NCBI GenBank assembly: GCA_031973235.1
Contig: DALYDM010000001.1
Location: 16,129 to 80,128 of the forward strand
Direction of reading: 5' to 3'
From: Minisyncoccota bacterium
Lineage (GTDB): Bacteria > Patescibacteriota > Minisyncoccia > Phycocordibacterales > UBA9973
DNA: 64,000 nucleotides
The notes under the pieces are model-generated. The model saw only the letters and a program-made list of their open reading frames with translations, had not been told where the DNA came from and searched no databases. Numbering within the stretch: position 1 is the stretch's first letter; each line of letters starts with the position of its first letter. Positions 56,140 through 64,000 of the stretch are shown here, piece after piece. The translations under genes and the position numbers were made by a program.

Positions 56140-57519
56140 TTGATACAATACAAATATATGGCCATTTCAATTATGACCCGATTTAAGTATTTTATACTTC
56201 CGATAATTGTGCTCTCTTTCATTCTTCCAAGTGTGTTTCTTCATGCACAAGAAAGTCCTGAAGAAAGACGCTCGAGACTTGAAGCTGAACTTGCACAGTA
56301 TGAAAAGGAAATTGCTGAGAAAGAAAAAATTCTCGCAGAACAAAAACAACAAACCGGCTCACTTCAAAGAGACGTGAGTATTCTCACAAATCAAATTGAA
56401 CAAGCAAAACTCAAAATAAAAGCGCGTACAATTTCAATAACCAAGATTAATTCAGAAATTGGCAAAAAGAATCAAAAGATTGAAACACTTGAAGAAAGAA
56501 TGACTCGTCAAAAGGAGTCACTTGCGCAACTTATTCGTAAAACTGATGAAATAGATGATTCGAATGTTGTACATCTAATACTATCAAGTGAAGAAATTTC
56601 AGAATTTTATGGCGATGTGGATACGTTTGCGTCAATTAAGCAATCAGTCAAATCTTCTGTTGATGAAATCAAAACTGTAAAGACAGAAACTCTTGAAGAA
56701 AAGAAAGGATTAGAGAAAAAGCAAGATGAAGAACTTGATGCTAAAGCAGAGCTCGAATCCGCAAAAAAGAAAGTAGAAGTAAGTGAAGCAGAAAAGAAGA
56801 AACTTGTTTCAGTGAGTAAGGGTAAAGAAAAGGAGTACGAGCAAATATTGAAAGAGCGACGAGCGAAAGCAGCTCAAATCCGTGCAGCGCTCTTCTCTGT
56901 GCGTGACTCTGCGGCGATTCCTTTCGGTAAGGCACTTGAGTATGCACTTGAAGCAGAGCAAAAAACTGGAGTGCGACCTGCATTTTTGCTTGCAATTTTG
57001 ACTCAAGAGTCTAATCTCGGGCAAAATACTGGTTCATGTTATCTATCAGATCCAGTGACAGGTGCTGGAACTTCTGTGAGGTCTGGGAATGCTCTAGCTA
57101 AGGTAATGAAGCCAGATCGTGACGTGGCACACTTTCTTTCAATAACCAAAGCAGTAGGGCGCGATCCATACAAGACACTTATTTCTTGTCCGCAATCAAT
57201 CGGCTGGGGAGGGGCTATGGGACCTGCTCAGTTCATCCCTTCAACATGGATGCTCTACAACACTAGACTCAAGGCATCGCTTGGTACATCGGCACCAGAC
57301 CCTTGGAATCCTGAACACGCCTTCATGGCATCTGCGACGTATCTAGCTGATCTTGGTGCGAATGCAAAAACATTTACTGCAGAGAGAACTGCAGCATGTC
57401 GATACTACTCTGGAAAGGCATGTACCGCACTGGCTCAAGCGATGACATACGGAAACTCAGTAATGGGTAAGGCAAAGAACATCCAAGAGAATCAAATTGA
57501 CCCTCTTGAAGGCCTATAA
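56140..57519 (+). CDS. secreted coiled-coil protein with C-terminal lytic transglycosylase-like (SLT_2/MltB-like) domain
   Basis: Signal peptide, a ~250-aa coiled-coil, then AILTQESNLGQ...GAMGPAQFIPSTW; the start could be one of several in-frame ATGs. Confidence 0.55.
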   Translation: MIQYKYMAISIMTRFKYFILPIIVLSFILPSVFLHAQESPEERRSRLEAELAQYEKEIAEKEKILAEQKQQTGSLQRDVSILTNQIEQAKLKIKARTISITKINSEIGKKNQKIETLEERMTRQKESLAQLIRKTDEIDDSNVVHLILSSEEISEFYGDVDTFASIKQSVKSSVDEIKTVKTETLEEKKGLEKKQDEELDAKAELESAKKKVEVSEAEKKKLVSVSKGKEKEYEQILKERRAKAAQIRAALFSVRDSAAIPFGKALEYALEAEQKTGVRPAFLLAILTQESNLGQNTGSCYLSDPVTGAGTSVRSGNALAKVMKPDRDVAHFLSITKAVGRDPYKTLISCPQSIGWGGAMGPAQFIPSTWMLYNTRLKASLGTSAPDPWNPEHAFMASATYLADLGANAKTFTAERTAACRYYSGKACTALAQAMTYGNSVMGKAKNIQENQIDPLEGL

Positions 57520-57589
57520 AATATAGAGAAATTAACGCAATTTTGTACTTGCATATAGGCTGAAAATGTAGTATTATAACCTCACAATT

Positions 57590-57808
57590 ATGAAAAAAGA
57601 CATTCACCCAACTTATAATATTAAATCAGAAGCCGCATGTGCATGTGGTCAGAAATTTGCTGTTGGATCAACAAAAGATACTCTCTCTGTTGAAATCTGC
57701 AGTCAATGTCATCCGTTTTATACAGGAAACGACAAAGTACTTGATAATGCAGGACGTGTAGAACGATTCAAAAGATTGTCATCTTCAGCAAAAAAGACAA
57801 AGAAGTAA
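57590..57808 (+). CDS. rpmE: 50S ribosomal protein L31
   Basis: MKKDIHPTY...CACG...[10 protein letters not shown]. Confidence 0.92.
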   Translation: MKKDIHPTYNIKSEAACACGQKFAVGSTKDTLSVEICSQCHPFYTGNDKVLDNAGRVERFKRLSSSAKKTKK

Positions 57809-57865
57809 ATTCAAGATCACTCTGTATGATTCTCTAAGAAATTTGGAGATAGTACAGGGTGATTT

Positions 57866-58867
57866 TTGTTTGGTATACTAGTGACACATAATCATATGAT
57901 TGATATTCAAGAATTAAAAAAGAATCATAAGACATCATATCTCGCGGAAATGTACGAGCGACTTTGTGCTTCTGAAGAAGAAACATTGAAAATGATTGAA
58001 ATAGATCCTGCCATGAAGGAACTTGCTGAAGAAGAGCTTTCATCGACAAGAATACAAAAAGAAGCTATTGAAAAACAAATCAATGACATATTAAACGCAG
58101 AAAAAGAAGAAGAGGAGTTTCCAAATGAAGTGGTTCTTGAAGTTCGAGCTGGTGCAGGTGGCGATGAAGCGTCATTGTTTGCATGGCAACTTGCTGAAAT
58201 GTACAGAATGTATTCAGAGCAAAAAGGATGGGTGTGTTCAACTATCCATGAATCACTTTCTGAAGTTGGAGGATACAAAGAAGTTGCAATCGAAATTCGA
58301 GGAAGAGATGTGTACAAGGAACTTCGTTTTGAAACAGGTGTGCACAGAGTTCAGCGAGTTCCAGCAACAGAAAAAAATGGAAGAATTCATACCTCAACTG
58401 CTTCAGTCGCAGTACTTCCAATAAGAAAAAAATCAAAAATTGAAATTAATCCTGCTGACTTGGAAATGGAGTATTCAAGGTCAGGTGGCGCTGGAGGTCA
58501 AAACGTGAATAAAGTTGAAACAGCAGTACGCTTGATTCACAAGCCAACAGGTATAGATGTTCGTTCAACATCAGAGAGAACACAGCTTAAAAATCGTGAG
58601 AAAGCGATGTCGATTTTGATTTCTAAGCTTGAACAGTTGAAAGAAGAGGAAGAAGCAAAAAAGTACTCAGGAGACAGAAAAGCACAGATTGGAACAGCGG
58701 ACCGTTCGGAGAAAATTCGTACATATAACTTTCCGCAAGACCGTGTGACCGACCACAGAATACGACAATCATGGTCAAATTTGCCGGGAATTCTCGCTGG
58801 GAATATAGGTAAAATCATAGAGAGAATTATGACGGGTGAAGTGGGCGATGAGGCAGACGAAGACTAG
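57866..58867 (+). CDS. prfA: peptide chain release factor 1
   Basis: PAT tripeptide (RVPATE), GGQ motif ([25 protein letters not shown]) and domain 3/4 architecture. Confidence 0.9.
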   Translation: MFGILVTHNHMIDIQELKKNHKTSYLAEMYERLCASEEETLKMIEIDPAMKELAEEELSSTRIQKEAIEKQINDILNAEKEEEEFPNEVVLEVRAGAGGDEASLFAWQLAEMYRMYSEQKGWVCSTIHESLSEVGGYKEVAIEIRGRDVYKELRFETGVHRVQRVPATEKNGRIHTSTASVAVLPIRKKSKIEINPADLEMEYSRSGGAGGQNVNKVETAVRLIHKPTGIDVRSTSERTQLKNREKAMSILISKLEQLKEEEEAKKYSGDRKAQIGTADRSEKIRTYNFPQDRVTDHRIRQSWSNLPGILAGNIGKIIERIMTGEVGDEADED

Positions 58868-59001
58868 TGTTGCTAATTAGTAACAACTGTGCCATACTGT
58901 GCATGTAGTTACCAAACGTTCTCGTATCTCGCGTGTGTGTGGATACTGTGCGGTGTGGGATTACACTTATAAGTTACGCCGTATAGGCATTCACACGAGT
59001 T

Positions 59002-59262
59002 ATGTCAACAAAGCTCTATGTAGGGGGATTCCCTTACTCAACAACAGAAGAAGACCTCAAGTCTCACTTCTCATCTATTGGATCAGTAGATTCAGTAGCT
59101 ATTATCAAGGACAAGATGACAGGCCGATCAAAAGGTTTTGGATTCGTAGAAATGACTGATGAAGCAGCAGCAAATGATGCTATCAATCAATTCAATGGTA
59201 AAGATTTCGGTGGACGAACACTTACAGTGAACGTTGCACGACCTCTCGAACCACGACGATAG
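59002..59262 (+). CDS. RRM-type RNA-binding protein
   Basis: RNP-2 LYVGGF and RNP-1 KGFGFVEM; terminator 59273-59299. Confidence 0.85.
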   Translation: MSTKLYVGGFPYSTTEEDLKSHFSSIGSVDSVAIIKDKMTGRSKGFGFVEMTDEAAANDAINQFNGKDFGGRTLTVNVARPLEPRR

Positions 59263-59448
59263 TCCTCGTAGAGAAAGCCCGCGAAAGCGGGTTTTTTCTA
59301 TGGATTTTTTTATAATAATATGGTAAAGTCAAATTTGTTACATTTGTAGCAAACGCACGAATAACCGAACTCCCTTTGAGTACAAAGGATAAAGTCCGAG
59401 CATTCGTAGAAAAAGTGTGCAGTGGCAAATGTAATGACAAAACAATAT

Positions 59449-59521
59449 GCGCGCATAGCTCAGCTGGTAGAGCATTCGACTGATACTCGAAAGGTCCTAG
59501 GTTCGACCCCTAGTGCGCGCA
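59449..59521 (+). tRNA. tRNA-Ile (anticodon GAT)
   Basis: gcgcgca-ta-gctcagctggtagagc-a-ttcga-cTGATAc-tcgaa-aggtc-ctaggttcgacccctag-tgcgcgc-a, with a perfectly paired acceptor stem; terminator 59530-59557. Confidence 0.8.
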
Positions 59522-59558
59522 CAAATAAGAAAACCACCTTACGGGGTGGTTTTTTGGA

Positions 59559-59912
59559 TCATGCAACATTTGTGTAAGAAATTATACTACCGGTGCGTGA
59601 TCGTGAATCAAAATATAACTGACAGGCTGAATCAAAAGAGTTATCATTTGAATTAAATGTGTACCCATTGATTAGCCAACGCTCGTGTGAGCCGTCTTCA
59701 GTTGTAATTCCTTGTGTTGTGAACGGAAAGCATATTTCGCGTCCATCCTCACATTTTACCTTGAATTCAATTCTTTCTCCTTTTTTGAACAGTGAGTTCA
59801 TTAGGTCGAATTTGGAAGGACCCGCAATAATCGCAAGACCACTTCTGAATGGGTAAAATCCTTTGTTTGCCATAACGACAGTATTTAGTTTTTTAAAGAA
59901 TCTTGAGAACAT
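59559..59912 (-). CDS. hypothetical protein
   Basis: 117 aa, no motifs; lies directly after tRNA-Ile on the opposite strand. Confidence 0.3.
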   Translation of the reverse strand: MFSRFFKKLNTVVMANKGFYPFRSGLAIIAGPSKFDLMNSLFKKGERIEFKVKCEDGREICFPFTTQGITTEDGSHERWLINGYTFNSNDNSFDSACQLYFDSRSRTGSIISYTNVA

Positions 59913-60023
59913 ACGATTTCTCGGGTACGTTGCTGGAATAACTCCAAACTTGATTATATATTAGCATACATTATATATTTTGTCAATACTGACTTAAAAC
60001 CATAATTTTCATATAGTACACAC

Positions 60024-60914
60024 ATGCAAAATGAATATCTCATACTTCTTTTTTATAAATACACGCACATCGAAAATCCGGCAGAAGAAATGGCGGTACA
60101 GAAATCTGTATGTGAGGTACTAGGATTGAAAGGGCGCACTATTGTGGCAAAGGAGGGTATCAATGTCACTCTTGAAGGCACAAAAGAAAATGCCGAGAAA
60201 TATGTAGAGTGGATGAAGTCACGAAGGCAATTCAAAAATATTCATTGGAAGAAAAGTGTAGGTACAGGAAATGCGTTTCCTCGTCTGTCGGTAAAAGTTC
60301 GAAAAGAAATTGTATCACTTCATCTTGGTGATGAAGAGGACATAAATCCAAACGAACTCACAGGTGTACACCTTGCTCCAGACCAGCTTCGCAAATGGTA
60401 TGAAGAAGGAAAAGAATTTCACATTGTGGATATGAGAAATGACTACGAACTTGAAGTAGGTAAATTTGAAAATACCATTTTTCCTGGACTTGAAAATTTT
60501 CGCGACTTACGTGAGAAAGTAAAAGAGCTTGATCACTTGAAAGACAAGCCGGTACTTACTGTATGTACCGGCGGAGTACGCTGTGAGAAAGCGTCTGGAT
60601 TTTTGAAAAAAGAAGGATTCAAAGATGTGTATCAACTTGACGGTGGGATTGTTTCGTACATGGAAAAATATCCCGGAAAAGACTTCAAAGGAAGTTTATA
60701 TGTGTTTGATGGAAGGGTGGTGATGAATTTCGACGATCCAGATAAACACGAAATAATAGGGAAGTGTTATCGATGTTCTGTGCCTTCTGAGCGATATGTG
60801 AACTGTCAAAATCTCGCGTGTCATAAACACGTAATTTTGTGTGAAGGTTGTGAAGCGAAGGATGGACATTTTTGTAGTGAAAATTGTATGCACAGTTTTA
60901 CTTGTGCAAAATAA
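60024..60914 (+). CDS. trhO: rhodanese-domain tRNA U34 hydroxylase TrhO (UPF0176/YceA)
   Basis: UPF0176 N-domain, rhodanese Cys loop CTGGVRCEK and a Cys-rich C-terminus. Confidence 0.8.
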   Translation: MQNEYLILLFYKYTHIENPAEEMAVQKSVCEVLGLKGRTIVAKEGINVTLEGTKENAEKYVEWMKSRRQFKNIHWKKSVGTGNAFPRLSVKVRKEIVSLHLGDEEDINPNELTGVHLAPDQLRKWYEEGKEFHIVDMRNDYELEVGKFENTIFPGLENFRDLREKVKELDHLKDKPVLTVCTGGVRCEKASGFLKKEGFKDVYQLDGGIVSYMEKYPGKDFKGSLYVFDGRVVMNFDDPDKHEIIGKCYRCSVPSERYVNCQNLACHKHVILCEGCEAKDGHFCSENCMHSFTCAK

Positions 60915-60945
60915 TATATTAGGTGTACACTTTGGGTAAATCAAA

Positions 60946-61482
60946 ATGTCCTTCGTTATGGAAAAGAAATCAAAGCAGGAATTCCCGCACCAAGAACTTC
61001 ACGAGTTTTTAAATCTCTTATTTAGTTGTGAGCTAAATAAGCCTAAAGATTACTACTATGATTTTGATGAATCACCTTCGCTTTACTTGAGCTTAAATTC
61101 AAGAAATTACACAAACGAGAATGAGAAAAATGACTACTCGCAACAACTGAGAAGACTCTATCTAAATACAATAGAAGGAGACTTGAAGTATTCATTGCGA
61201 GGTTTGCATGTATGTTGTAATCCTAAGCTAAATAAGTATGTATTTTTGCATACATCGCATATATCTCACGGAATCGAGCGCAGGGTGGAGTGTATATATT
61301 CTGAATTTGGTGTTGATTCTTATTTTCAATACTATTTACCTGAGGAAAGAGCACATGAGGTCCTTTTTCAAAGAGACAGAAAGTACATTGATACGTTTAA
61401 CTTTTTTTCTACTAACGTACACAATGATTTCTTACTTGATATACCATTTTTCGCAATTAAAGGAATCATCGTTTCAAAATAA
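60946..61482 (+). CDS. hypothetical protein
   Basis: 178 aa; terminator 61485-61514. Confidence 0.3.
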   Translation: MSFVMEKKSKQEFPHQELHEFLNLLFSCELNKPKDYYYDFDESPSLYLSLNSRNYTNENEKNDYSQQLRRLYLNTIEGDLKYSLRGLHVCCNPKLNKYVFLHTSHISHGIERRVECIYSEFGVDSYFQYYLPEERAHEVLFQRDRKYIDTFNFFSTNVHNDFLLDIPFFAIKGIIVSK

Positions 61483-61532
61483 TGAATACCCGCTTTTTTG
61501 CGGGTTTTTTATTTGTCTAAAACACGAAAATA

Positions 61533-62234
61533 ATGCATACTCACGATATGAATACGCACGGAACTCTCTATGTCCTCGCAACACCGATAGGAAATCTCGG
61601 TGATATTACTCTTCGTGCTATTGAGACATTGAAAAAGGCTGATATTGTGCTTTGTGAGGATACTCGAGTTACGGGCAAGCTTCTTTCTCATCTTGGAATA
61701 AAAAAGCCAATGAAAAGCTATACCTCTCATTCAAGTGAAAAACTTCACACTGAGATCGTGGAGTCACTGAAACATGAGCTAAATGTCGTACTTGTTTCAG
61801 ATGCTGGAACACCATGCATTTCGGACCCTGGTGTGCTTTTGGTCAGAAAAGTTCGTGAAGAAGCACCAGAGGTGTCTATTGTCGCAATTCCGGGTCCCAG
61901 TGCCTTGGTATCAGCACTTTCTATTTCAGGAATTTCTGCCTCAGAATTTACGTTTTTGGGCTTTTTACCACACAAGAAGGGTCGGGAGACAGCACTTCGG
62001 AATCTTGCAGAAATAGCTCACCCTGTGGTGATGTATGAATCTACGCATAGAATAGTCAAATTGCTAGGTGAACTCGATAAGTGGGTTGGGAATCGAAAAA
62101 TCGGCATAGCAAAAGAAATCACAAAAATGCATGAAGGATATTTTTATGGTACACCCGAAGAGCTGCTTTCTTTTTTTAACGATCACAAAGACAAAACGAA
62201 AGGTGAGTTTGTTGTTATTGTAGATAGTAAGTAA
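61533..62234 (+). CDS. rsmI: 16S rRNA 2'-O-ribose C1402 methyltransferase RsmI
   Basis: LYVLATPIGNLGDITLRAIETLKKADIVLCEDTR... of the tetrapyrrole-methylase fold. Confidence 0.88.
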   Translation: MHTHDMNTHGTLYVLATPIGNLGDITLRAIETLKKADIVLCEDTRVTGKLLSHLGIKKPMKSYTSHSSEKLHTEIVESLKHELNVVLVSDAGTPCISDPGVLLVRKVREEAPEVSIVAIPGPSALVSALSISGISASEFTFLGFLPHKKGRETALRNLAEIAHPVVMYESTHRIVKLLGELDKWVGNRKIGIAKEITKMHEGYFYGTPEELLSFFNDHKDKTKGEFVVIVDSK

Positions 62235-62327
62235 TTCACATTTTAGAAATTTGCTTTAAAATGTGATAAAATTACTGCAATTGAGTAATGTGAGATTTTA
62301 ACCACTAATGTATACTATTATCTATTT

Positions 62328-62819
62328 ATGATGAAAGAAAAAACACTTTTTGTTCTGGGAATATGGATATTTTGTTTGCCATATTTAGGGTTTCCAGTAT
62401 TTTGGAAAAATCTTCTCTTTGTTGTAACAGGACTCTTTGTGTGTATGATTGCGTATTTGATGTATCGACACAAAAAAGTGTTGCTGAAAATTATAGAAGG
62501 AGGTGATGACGACATCAATCCAAGTTCAAATTCAGACAAAAACTCACATTCAACAGGTCACACCTTTGAAGAAACTCAAGAGAAAATTGTATTCAAATCA
62601 GAATATAATCCAGCTGAAGATGCTGAGACTCCCAAGGTTTCTCCATACTCTGCCTCACAATCACACTTTAAAACTTTTTATGAAGAAAAATCTGGTCCTC
62701 TAATTCATCGAGTTGGTTCTGTTGACCAAGTGGATACAGTTCGTCCACGCATTCGTGCCGTACGAAAGAAAAAGAGCACATCAAGTGAGACAATTTCTAC
62801 TGGGTCATTTTCTGAATAA
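62328..62819 (+). CDS. membrane protein with disordered C-terminus (hypothetical)
   Basis: Two N-terminal helices and a Ser/Lys-rich tail. Confidence 0.3.
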   Translation: MMKEKTLFVLGIWIFCLPYLGFPVFWKNLLFVVTGLFVCMIAYLMYRHKKVLLKIIEGGDDDINPSSNSDKNSHSTGHTFEETQEKIVFKSEYNPAEDAETPKVSPYSASQSHFKTFYEEKSGPLIHRVGSVDQVDTVRPRIRAVRKKKSTSSETISTGSFSE

Positions 62820-62825
62820 AATACT

Positions 62826-64000
62826 ATGAAAACCCTTATCACATTTATTGCAATTCCTCTTGTTGTGGTACTGGGTTATTTTGCATTATCGCACATCACA
62901 GAGGAGTCATATTCTGCTTCTGATGCACAATCCGCACAAGTACTCGGGGGTGTAGAAGAAAATAATCTTCCTGAGATTGTGCCCGAGGAACAAGAGCCAG
63001 AATTTGTGGTAACTCACATAAAAACACCAGAGCCAGTGAAGGCTCTGTATATGACAAGCTGGGTAGCAAGTACTCCTTCTATGGCAAAGAAGGTTATTGA
63101 TTTGGTTGATACAACTGAAGCAAATGCACTTGTGATTGATATAAAGGATTACACTGGGAATGTCTCATTTGTTAGCGGTGATGAAAGACTTACAGAGACA
63201 GGAGTAGAGGTAAACAGAATTAAAAATATTAAGCAATTTATAGATGAATTGCACAAAAAGAATATTTATGTCATTGGAAGAATTGCAGTTTTCCAAGACC
63301 CACATTTGGTAAAACACCGTCCGGAACTTGCAGTGAAGACTGCCTCAAACAAGGATGTGGTATGGAAGGATAGAAAGGGTATTACCTGGCTTGATGCCGG
63401 TTCGGAGGAAGTGTGGAAATACGCAGTCCTTATTGGTGAGATCTCATATTCAGTTGGTTTTGATGAGATCAATTATGATTATATTCGTTTTCCATCTGAT
63501 GGAAATATGAAGGATATATATTTTCCTGTGAGTGATGGAAAACCAAAACCTGAAGTTTTAAAATCTTTCTTTTCATATCTTAATGACACTATTCGCAAAG
63601 AAGGTATTCCTATCTCTGCAGACTTGTTTGGAATGGTTACTACAAATACCGATGATTTGAATATTGGTCAAGTACTCGAGAATACACTTCCGTATGTTGA
63701 TTTTGTATCACCAATGGTGTATCCGTCACATTTTCCTCCTACATGGAATGGTCTCAAGAATCCCGCTGCAAATCCGTACGATGTGATTCATTATTCGATG
63801 GGTAAGGCAGTCGAAAGAGCAAAAGCTATGGGAGAAAATCCACTCAAGCTTAGACCATGGCTGCAAGACTTTAACCTAGGAGCAACTTATACAAAAGAAA
63901 TGGTGCGAGATCAAATTAAGGCTACATATGATGTTGGTCTGACATCATGGATGATGTGGGATCCTGCAAATACATACACAGCAGGCAGTCTATTGAGCGA
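62826..64000 (+). CDS. DUF4015-like putative glycoside hydrolase (TIM-barrel), 3'-partial (no stop in window; not in ORF track)
   Basis: ATG at 62826 opens a frame with no stop to the window end. It has a signal/TM N-terminus and VGFDEINYDYIRFP, a GHL-family signature. Confidence 0.55.
   Translation, partial: MKTLITFIAIPLVVVLGYFALSHITEESYSASDAQSAQVLGGVEENNLPEIVPEEQEPEFVVTHIKTPEPVKALYMTSWVASTPSMAKKVIDLVDTTEANALVIDIKDYTGNVSFVSGDERLTETGVEVNRIKNIKQFIDELHKKNIYVIGRIAVFQDPHLVKHRPELAVKTASNKDVVWKDRKGITWLDAGSEEVWKYAVLIGEISYSVGFDEINYDYIRFPSDGNMKDIYFPVSDGKPKPEVLKSFFSYLNDTIRKEGIPISADLFGMVTTNTDDLNIGQVLENTLPYVDFVSPMVYPSHFPPTWNGLKNPAANPYDVIHYSMGKAVERAKAMGENPLKLRPWLQDFNLGATYTKEMVRDQIKATYDVGLTSWMMWDPANTYTAGSLLS

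Overview
This AT-rich, densely packed 64-kb window reads like a streamlined Patescibacteria/CPR-type bacterial genome: a short DnaX, a split transketolase, many small membrane proteins, and strong rho-independent terminators after most operons. All calls come from reading the six-frame translations and the DNA by eye; no searches were run and GC content was not computed.

**Core housekeeping genes**
- Replication, recombination and tRNA: topA (partial), dprA, dnaX, rmuC, serS, lysS, gatB, a tRNA-dihydrouridine synthase, and three tRNAs (Gln-TTG, Glu-CTC, Ile-GAT).
- Transcription and translation: greA, obg, prfA, rpmE, rplY, rsmI, trhO, an RRM protein, and two paralogous sigma-70 factors.
- Cell division: an ftsQ-like gene, pbp2, and a truncated dcw cluster (mraZ-rsmH-ftsL-ftsI) that runs straight into alr. 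The mraZ promoter carries GTGGG operator boxes.
- Central carbon metabolism: gapA, fba, a PfkB-family kinase, rpiB, rpe, and split tkt N- and C-subunits.

**Accessory content that stands out**
1. An island starting right after tRNA-Glu (about 29.9–36.3 kb) carries:
   - an HExxH protein;
   - an Abi-alpha-like/SRPBCC fusion bracketed by two ~76-bp promoter-like direct repeats;
   - a ~300-nt ORF-free, possibly structured segment;
   - a stand-alone primase CHC2 zinc-finger fragment;
   - a two-gene module pairing an ATP-cone + Mrr-like (PD-(D/E)xK) nuclease with an NDT/DNPH1-like protein (nucleoside 2-deoxyribosyltransferase / 2'-deoxynucleoside 5'-phosphate N-hydrolase fold) — this is my best candidate for an undescribed defence or nucleotide-surveillance system;
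   - a second sigma-70 paralog.
2. A PgaC/PgaB-like exopolysaccharide locus: a processive family-2 glycosyltransferase (GT2) synthase, a carbohydrate-esterase-4 (CE4) deacetylase, and a secreted protein that shares a novel ~150-aa domain with the deacetylase's C-terminus.
3. A tight GIY-YIG / HNH / SWIB trio of small genes.
4. A gapA 3'-end duplication (insertion scar) followed by four small orphan genes.
5. A 93-bp element with perfect 20-bp inverted repeats (MITE-like, or a structured RNA).
6. A secreted cytochrome b5-like heme-binding protein.
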